A stretch of DNA of 64,000 nucleotides from Myxococcota bacterium (GTDB lineage Bacteria > Myxococcota_A > SURF-8): the NCBI GenBank assembly GCA_965140415.1, contig OZ223209.1:1184001-1248000 (forward strand), written 5' to 3'. Of the stretch, positions 57,575-64,000 are shown one piece after another; within the stretch, counting starts at the first letter, position 1; each line of letters begins with the position of its first letter. Under the pieces are notes generated by a model. That model had not been told where the DNA came from. It saw only the letters and a list, made by a program, of their open reading frames with translations, and searched no databases. Position numbers and translations under genes: made by a program.

Positions 57575-57949
57575 ATGACTTTACACGGTTTTCCACGCTG
57601 CCGTCGTATTCTGAAGAGCTGGCATTTTCGCCTGCTCCAGAGTGAAGGCGAGCGGCTGGTGACCCGGCGAATGGTGTTTTTGGTACGTCCGAATGATGTA
57701 GGCTACTCCCGCTTGGGGCAGATCGTCAGTCGTAAAGTAGGAAACGCCGTGGTTCGAAATCGGGTGCGACGGGTCGTGCGCGAAGTGTTTCGCCTGCACG
57801 ATGACTTGGCGTTGCGTCCGCTGGATATCGTCGTCATTCCCCGTCCGGCCCTCAATAAACCTGCTTCCTTTCACGACGTGGCAGAGGAATTTTCCCGTTT
57901 TCTCGATCGATACGATCGCTTGCATAGCGAGAAAGAGGAGGCGCAATGA
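57575..57949 (+). CDS. rnpA: RNase P protein component
   Basis: [16 protein letters not shown]; gene order. Confidence 0.95.
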   Translation: MTLHGFPRCRRILKSWHFRLLQSEGERLVTRRMVFLVRPNDVGYSRLGQIVSRKVGNAVVRNRVRRVVREVFRLHDDLALRPLDIVVIPRPALNKPASFHDVAEEFSRFLDRYDRLHSEKEEAQ

Positions 57950-58200
57950 GCTGGTTGCGCAAAATCGTCCTTTTGCCGGTCCGATTTTACCAGTGGTTCA
58001 TTTCGCCCCTTTTAGGTCCGCATTGCCGGTTTACGCCGACCTGCTCCAACTACGCCATCGAGGCGGTGGAGCGTTACGGCATTATCATCGGTGGACTGAA
58101 AGCCATCACCCGGTTGTTGCGATGCCATCCCCTGTTTCCCGGCGGTTACGATCCGGTAGAAAACGGGTGGCCGCGCGTCGGAAAAGACCGAAAGCGATAG
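57946..58200 (+). CDS. yidD: Membrane protein insertion efficiency factor
   Basis: [14 protein letters not shown]...GGYDPV. Confidence 0.96.
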   Translation: MSWLRKIVLLPVRFYQWFISPLLGPHCRFTPTCSNYAIEAVERYGIIIGGLKAITRLLRCHPLFPGGYDPVENGWPRVGKDRKR

Positions 58201-58209
58201 GAGAGTCTC

Positions 58210-60042
58210 GTGGAACGACGCTTTATTTACGCGCTGTTGCTGTCTCTGGGAGTGCTGTACCTGTGGAACGTGGTAATCAATCCACCGCCTCCTCCGCCTC
58301 CGGTTGAAGAAGGTCAGCCCGCAGCACAAGTCGCCCAGCCCGCTCCCAAGCCCGAAAAAATGGATGCGCCGCTGTTCGACGAGCCCAGCTCCGAGCCTCC
58401 CGCCATGCTGCCCCCGCTGGCCGAAAAGAAAGTGGAACCGGCCCCGGAACAAGATCCGGCCCAAGCCGACGACGCCACTGCCAAGCTGGATGCAGACCCG
58501 CAGGAAGGCAACGCCCCGACGCCGCCCGCTCCGGTCGTTCCCAAAGTGGAGCCGCCCAAAGAGCAGCCGGAACGGTTTATCACGCTTGAAAACGATCTGT
58601 TCAAAGCCGTCTTTTCGTCGCATGGCGCCAAGCTGAAAAGCTGCGAACTGAAAAGCAAGAAATTCAGCGAAGCCATTCCCGATTCCGATGAACGCATGCA
58701 GGTGGATCTGGTGACCACCGATCATGCGGGTCGATTACCTTATGCCTTGCTGCTTGAGCAGGCCAATTTCCAGTATTCACCCGATCAATCCTTTGAAGTC
58801 GCTTCTAAAAGCGCAACGTCCGTGACCTTCCGCAGCAAGACTCCGCAAGGCGTAACTATTGAAAAACGCTTCAGTATGACGGATAAAGACTACCTGCTCG
58901 ACATGAACGTGTCGGTCATCAACGGCGCGGGTGCGGCAGTCAGTTTCTTCCCCAAGGTGCGTCTGGTCGGTTTCCAGGACGATCGTCACGTTCAATCGGG
59001 TATGTTCGGCTCCATGCCGATGAACCTGCAAATTCCCAAGGCCTTTATCAGCGGGGAACTGTGGGAAGAGGAAGATCCCTCCAGCCTGGAACAGTTGCTG
59101 GTGAAAAAGGGCGATATCACCTGGACCGGCATCGACAACCGCTATTTCCTGATGGCCTTGATTCCACCGGAGGGTCAGCGCTCGCAGGTCGACATCAAGA
59201 CCGTGATCAAGCAGGCCAGCGACGAGCAGGGCAAGGAATTCAAGGAAACCTGGCTGGGAATCACCCACAGCCTGGCGAAACAGGAACTTCAGGCGGGGCA
59301 GAACGCATCGCTAGACTACAAGATTTATGTTGGCCCCAAAGGCTACGATCGCCTGCGCGAAACCGGCTATCACCTGGAAGAATCCGTGGATTTCTGGGTG
59401 TTGGGCGTGCTGGCCAAGCCGATGCTCTGGTTCCTGATTGCCAGCCAGTCGGTGGTTGTCAACTGGGGACTGGCCATCATCATCCTGACGGTGGTCGTCA
59501 AACTGCTGCTCTATCCGCTCACGCGCAAATCCTTCCAATCCATGCAGAAAATGAAGGACTTGAAGCCCAAGCTGGACGCCATCAAGGAAAAGGTCGGCGA
59601 CGACAAGCAGGCCTTGAACCAGCAGATGATGGAGTTATATAAACAGGAGGGCGTCAACCCGCTGGGTGGTTGTTTGCCGATGCTGCTGCAAATGCCGGTC
59701 TTTATTGCGCTCTATAAGGTGTTACAGAACTCCGTAGAGTTGTACAACGCCGCCTTCATTCCCGGTTGGCTGGACGATCTGGTTCAGCCGGACCCTTATT
59801 ACATCCTGCCGGTGCTGCTGGGTGTGATGATGTTCGTCCAGCAGAAAATGACGCCTACGCCCGATAGCCAGCAACAGAAAATGATGATGTACATGATGCC
59901 GGCCATGATGTTCTTCTTCATGCTCATGCTGCCCAGCGGCCTGGTGCTTTACATTCTGGCCAATACGGTTGTCAGCCTGGGACAGCAGTGGTGGATCAAC
60001 AAGAAAGCGCAGGAAGAAAAGGCCAAGCAGGCCACGGCGTAA
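58210..60042 (+). CDS. yidC: Membrane protein insertase
   Basis: YVGPK, NWGLAIIILT, NPLGGCLPMLLQMP, DPYYILP. Confidence 0.97.
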   Translation: MERRFIYALLLSLGVLYLWNVVINPPPPPPPVEEGQPAAQVAQPAPKPEKMDAPLFDEPSSEPPAMLPPLAEKKVEPAPEQDPAQADDATAKLDADPQEGNAPTPPAPVVPKVEPPKEQPERFITLENDLFKAVFSSHGAKLKSCELKSKKFSEAIPDSDERMQVDLVTTDHAGRLPYALLLEQANFQYSPDQSFEVASKSATSVTFRSKTPQGVTIEKRFSMTDKDYLLDMNVSVINGAGAAVSFFPKVRLVGFQDDRHVQSGMFGSMPMNLQIPKAFISGELWEEEDPSSLEQLLVKKGDITWTGIDNRYFLMALIPPEGQRSQVDIKTVIKQASDEQGKEFKETWLGITHSLAKQELQAGQNASLDYKIYVGPKGYDRLRETGYHLEESVDFWVLGVLAKPMLWFLIASQSVVVNWGLAIIILTVVVKLLLYPLTRKSFQSMQKMKDLKPKLDAIKEKVGDDKQALNQQMMELYKQEGVNPLGGCLPMLLQMPVFIALYKVLQNSVELYNAAFIPGWLDDLVQPDPYYILPVLLGVMMFVQQKMTPTPDSQQQKMMMYMMPAMMFFFMLMLPSGLVLYILANTVVSLGQQWWINKKAQEEKAKQATA

Positions 60043-60121
60043 AGAGCCGCTTGAAATCCTTGACGAATCAAGGTTGTGCTGCTAGGAAAAGAAGAGATTC
60101 GTTCTTTAAACGTTCAGATAT

Positions 60122-60198
<77 letters not shown>

Positions 60199-60208
60199 GA
60201 AAAAACAG

Positions 60209-60248
60209 CGAGCCGCCCTGCAATACCGGGGTGGCTCGTTTGTGTTTG
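60209..60248 (+). terminator. Intrinsic terminator after the tRNA
   Basis: CGAGCCGCCC...GGGTGGCTCG followed by TTTGTGTTT. Confidence 0.7.
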
Positions 60249-60461
60249 GAACTTGGAGTAGGTATTACTCATTTCTGTCCATCGAGTAATCACGATGTGC
60301 CATGGTCTCACGGAATGGAGATTCCGGGAGGCCGTGTGTAACTACAAGAAAACACACAACCTTCCACGATCTTCGATCGCGTAAGACTAAGCCACACATT
60401 CTTTAAATTAGTGGCCAAAAATGATTGAGAACCGATATAAATTTGTGGAATCCTGCTCCGT

Positions 60462-61745
60462 TCAGGGCAGTTTGCCGATTTTCAGATAGGCGTAGGCGGC
60501 GCGAAGCTGGTGATCGTCTTCCTCAATGGACTTGGGCGCGCGCACCGATTGCAGCAGTTTCAGTCCGGTTTCGTCGGTCAGATCGTCCATCGCGCCTTCC
60601 GGTAGTTTGTCCAGATCGCCCTCGGCCAGATGCAGCAGGGTTTCCGGTTGCATCACCGTGACATCCGGCGTGATGCCGTTGCCGTCGATGGCCAAGCGAT
60701 GCGGCGTGAAATAGCGCGCCACGGTGATCTTCAAGCCGCTGCCGTCGTCCAGATCGATGATGTTCTGCACGCTGCCCTTGCCGAAGCTGCGATTCCCAAA
60801 AATCAAAGCCCGTTGGTGATCCTTCAGTGCGCCCGCCACAATCTCGGAGGCGCTGGCGCTGCCACCATTGATCAAAACCACCAAGCGTCCTTTCAAAAAG
60901 GAACCGGTCGGATGAGCGCGTTCCGTTTCGATGTGCTGGCGGTTGCGGCCTTCGGTGGTGACGATCAGACCTTTTGCGATGAACTCGTCCACAATGCGAA
61001 TCGACTCTTCCAGCAGCCCGCCGGGATTGTCGCGCATGTCCAATACCAGCCCGCGTAAATCGCTTTGCGATTCGATGCTCAGCTTCCGCATGGCCGAAAC
61101 CAGTTGCGTGCTGGTGTGATCCTGAAAGGACTTGATATGGATGTAGCCCAGACCCGGCTCCAGCAGGCGCGATTCGACGCTGGTTACGCGGATGTGCCCG
61201 CGCGTGAGCACGAAATTCATGGGTTTGGTTTGGCCGTTGCGAGAGATCGTAAGCGTGACATCCGTGCCGACCGGGCCGCGCATCAGATGTACGGCATCCT
61301 GTAGTGACAAATCGGTGGTGTCTTTGCCGTCGATTGCAAGAATGATATCGTTCTTTTTCACACCGGCTTTGGAGGCCGGGGAATCTTCGATGGGATTGAT
61401 GACCGCCAGTCGCCGGTCGCGAACTTCAACAACCAGACCCAATCCCTGAAATTCGCCGGTGGTGTCGATCTTCATTTCCTTGTAAATTTCCGGCGGCATG
61501 AAAATCGTGTGCGGGTCCAAGGTGTCCAACATGCCTTTGATCGCGCCGTAAACCAGGTCTTTCTGCTCTACCTGATCTACGTAATTGGTTTCCACGTAGT
61601 GCAGTACCTTGGCGAAAATATCCAGCTTTTCGTAGATATCGCTTTTCGCTTTGGCGGCGACGCTGCTGCCCGCACCGGACAGATACCCGGCAAAGAAAAC
61701 CGCTACCAATAGCAGCACCAGGTTTCGGCGTGTTTTATCGAACAT
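60462..61745 (-). CDS. ctpA: S41 carboxy-terminal processing protease with PDZ domain
   Basis: LDMRDNPGG, SASASEIVAGAL, FGKGSVQ. Confidence 0.95.
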   Translation of the reverse strand: MFDKTRRNLVLLLVAVFFAGYLSGAGSSVAAKAKSDIYEKLDIFAKVLHYVETNYVDQVEQKDLVYGAIKGMLDTLDPHTIFMPPEIYKEMKIDTTGEFQGLGLVVEVRDRRLAVINPIEDSPASKAGVKKNDIILAIDGKDTTDLSLQDAVHLMRGPVGTDVTLTISRNGQTKPMNFVLTRGHIRVTSVESRLLEPGLGYIHIKSFQDHTSTQLVSAMRKLSIESQSDLRGLVLDMRDNPGGLLEESIRIVDEFIAKGLIVTTEGRNRQHIETERAHPTGSFLKGRLVVLINGGSASASEIVAGALKDHQRALIFGNRSFGKGSVQNIIDLDDGSGLKITVARYFTPHRLAIDGNGITPDVTVMQPETLLHLAEGDLDKLPEGAMDDLTDETGLKLLQSVRAPKSIEEDDHQLRAAYAYLKIGKLP

Positions 61746-61949
61746 CCAGTCACTCCTTTGCGCTCATCGCCCGCCCGCAGATGACTCTCGGGCGCAACGT
61801 GTCTCAATCCATCCATTCTACCATAAAGAACATCGCTTGGCTTGGATTATTCCGTTCGGCTCATTTCGGAATGTCGGAACATTCACCCTCCAACCCACGA
61901 TGATTTCGTCTGTCTTTTGGGAATTACGTAGGAATAACAGCCTGTTCCT

Positions 61950-62122
61950 CGTTGCCATCCCCGACGGAGCCGCCTCGCGTCATGAGGCGAAAGGACCGGG
62001 GCGGAAAAGGGAGGCAGTCAAGGCCGCAGCGAAGCGGAGTACAGTTCAGCCTTGACGGCTTCCCGCGCTCCGGTACAAGCCGAAAATGACGCGCGTGCGA
62101 GCGATGGAGGCGGATGGCAACG
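61950..62122. repeat. Structured intergenic element bounded by 11-bp inverted repeats (MITE or RNA)
   Basis: CGTTGCCATCC / GGATGGCAACG; internal stem GGGAGGCAGTCAAGGC / GCCTTGACGGCTTCCC. Confidence 0.55.
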
Positions 62123-62223
62123 GGCCATCCTCGATGGTGGGCCTTGGCCTGTCTTTTTGAAATGCCTTCATTTTCAACGTGTTGACTTTTGACCTTTACT
62201 TCGGCTTGTGATACGCCAATGCC

Positions 62224-64000
62224 ATGAGTTGGACGAAATGGATGAACTTCTATTCCGCGGGGGAGCGGGCGGCTTTTAGCCGATTGAAATCGTGGTGGCG
62301 ATCTCGCTATGCCGACAGCGATTCGTTCGATTTGCTGGCTAATAGCGTAGCCGAGATGGTGGCCTTGCGTTTGTTGCAGCGTTGGCATGCGGCAGGCTGG
62401 CAGCGGGATTCAGCAGAGCGAATTCTTCGTGAACGCTATGGTTTCTCCTCACCGGTGTTGGAAACGATTCTGCATCGAATCGAAAGCCACCTGCAACAAG
62501 CAGATTCACAAGACGTACAAAGTGTGCCGCGATTTCCTGATCTCCCCGATATAGCCGCGCCGTTTCTGGACGTCTTCGCTCCCAAAGCACCACGGCGCAG
62601 CATGGGGTTTTATCTCACGCCATTGCCGGTGATCCGGCAACTGCTGGAGCAACTGCACTTAAATAAAGCGGAATCCATTCCATCCCTTGCCGATGATGGT
62701 GCGGGTTGCGGTTCGTTAGCATTGCTGGCCTTGCAGACTGTGATGAAAGGCTGGTCGCATGAACGTAACGAACGGGCGCAGCGCTTGGAAACGCTGTTAC
62801 AAAGCTGGCGCATCTGCGAATTGCATCCCGTGCTGGCTGGCATTATCGACTTGCAATTGTTGTGGTTATTGCATGACGAGTTGCGGAATTCGGATAGGGA
62901 GCATTGTCATTGGCCGGTGCTTTGCGGCGATGCATTGCAGGAATTTCCGCAACGACAATTTTCACACCTGATCGGAAATCCGCCGTATATCGGGGAAAAG
63001 CAGGCGCGAGAACGGATAGCCAACGCATTATCGAACGCGCCGGAACTGGCTCAGGCCTATACGGGCAAAGCGGATTATCTCTTTCTGTTTTTATTCCGAG
63101 CAGTCCAACGCCTGCAACCAGGTGGACGTCTTGCCTTTCTGACCCCGGCGTATTGGCCGGGCGCAGATGGCGCAGCTAGTCTGCGGCGCGCCTTGATCGG
63201 TCTGGCGGATCTGCAAGCGTTATTGCAGCCGGTGGTTCCGGTGCCCAGCGCGGCGGGTGTCGATACCTGCGTGGTAGTTTTTCAAAAGCCAAGTGATGAT
63301 GAAAATGCAATTGCCGGAAACACAAACACGTCCGTAACGATCAGTCGGGCCAATGAGCAGTTCAGCGTTTCCGTAAGTCGCAAGAGATTGCAGGACGCTC
63401 CATGGCGCTTCATCGAACGTCCGCACGAACAACGCTGGCTGGACGAAATGGAGCGTAGCGGCAAGAAACTGGGTGGGGTAACAGGAGCATTTGATATTTT
63501 TACGGGGGTGCAGAGCGGACTGGATAAAATCACCCGAGCGCATCTTCAAAAAGGATCTGGCTTGAAAGAAGGGCAGGGGGTGTTCGTTTTATCCAATGAG
63601 GAAGCGGACGCGCTATTGCAGCGGGCCAGTGAATTGGAACGGGCGCTGGTGTTTCCGCTCTTCAAATCTCCGGCGATCGGTCCTTTTCTGATGGATCGGC
63701 ACCACTCCGGTTTTCTGATTTATCTGGATGGCTCCCAGCCAATCGAAGAGCTTGCAACGCTGCATCAACACTTGCTGCCTTTTAAAAGCTTACTGGAGCA
63801 GCGGCGGGAAAGCAGAAACGGGCGCATGCCCTGGTGGCGGCTGCACTGGCCGCGCAAGATAGAAAACCTTCTCGCGCCGAGTCTGCTGGTTCCCCAGCGC
63901 GCCGCATGGCCGCGCTTTGCGCTTGCGCCCGAAGGTGCGATGAGCAGCGTGGATGTCTATCACCTGCTACCCAACGAATCGGAACGGGAGCGTCTGTCGG
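62224..64000 (+). CDS. N6-adenine DNA methyltransferase (Eco57I/TaqI-like); runs off the right edge, absent from ORF track
   Basis: Manual translation: MGFYLTP, DDGAGCGS (motif I variant), LIGNPPY, GKADYLFLF, GGRLAFLTP, WWRLHWPR. Confidence 0.88.
   Translation, partial: MSWTKWMNFYSAGERAAFSRLKSWWRSRYADSDSFDLLANSVAEMVALRLLQRWHAAGWQRDSAERILRERYGFSSPVLETILHRIESHLQQADSQDVQSVPRFPDLPDIAAPFLDVFAPKAPRRSMGFYLTPLPVIRQLLEQLHLNKAESIPSLADDGAGCGSLALLALQTVMKGWSHERNERAQRLETLLQSWRICELHPVLAGIIDLQLLWLLHDELRNSDREHCHWPVLCGDALQEFPQRQFSHLIGNPPYIGEKQARERIANALSNAPELAQAYTGKADYLFLFLFRAVQRLQPGGRLAFLTPAYWPGADGAASLRRALIGLADLQALLQPVVPVPSAAGVDTCVVVFQKPSDDENAIAGNTNTSVTISRANEQFSVSVSRKRLQDAPWRFIERPHEQRWLDEMERSGKKLGGVTGAFDIFTGVQSGLDKITRAHLQKGSGLKEGQGVFVLSNEEADALLQRASELERALVFPLFKSPAIGPFLMDRHHSGFLIYLDGSQPIEELATLHQHLLPFKSLLEQRRESRNGRMPWWRLHWPRKIENLLAPSLLVPQRAAWPRFALAPEGAMSSVDVYHLLPNESERERLS

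Noticed and set aside
60199-60460. Island integrated at tRNA-Arg
   Set aside because: No duplicated tRNA 3' end or integrase seen; core ctpA follows directly.
61950-62122. SRP, 6S or RNase P RNA
   Set aside because: Hallmark motifs not found; reported only as an unexplained structured element.

Overview
Bacterial chromosomal segment, most consistent with a Myxococcota/deltaproteobacterial genome (inferred from PEGA, Kelch and MopE-repeat lipoproteins with acidic DGD linkers, a DnaK paralog with a J-TPR partner, and sigma54 regulators). Positions 1-6.5 kb hold a minus-strand cluster of GH5, GH84, G1PDH-like and ceramidase-like genes. Positions ~6.5-32.5 kb are accessory DNA anchored at the 3' end of a tmRNA gene (32514-32861, minus), with a 13-bp att-like repeat at 7784 and two homologous island ends. 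Its cargo: a decayed hsdR/ygjP remnant, a ~1480-aa multi-GAF sigma54 activator facing a sigma54 promoter and an M23/MopE-repeat lipoprotein, an AEP primase-helicase, an uncharacterised coupled pair (~1550-aa HExxH protein plus 1083-aa MBL hydrolase; candidate defence system), an IS, and a ParB/PD-(D/E)xK/SNF2 operon cut by that IS. Positions 33-64 kb are mostly core genes (histidine kinase, split transketolase, DnaK/J, lipB, Ktr/Trk, NtrC-type regulator, SNF transporter, rpmH-rnpA-yidD-yidC, tRNA-Arg, ctpA, N6-methyltransferase) with many REP-like palindromes. Unannotated signals here include a candidate sigma54-driven five-hairpin sRNA, a DUF1566 gene whose 3' end looks like a DGR variable region, a HEPN/MNT cassette bounded by a 42-bp duplication, and an inverted array of helically phased repeats. 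All calls come from reading motifs by eye; no database search was run.
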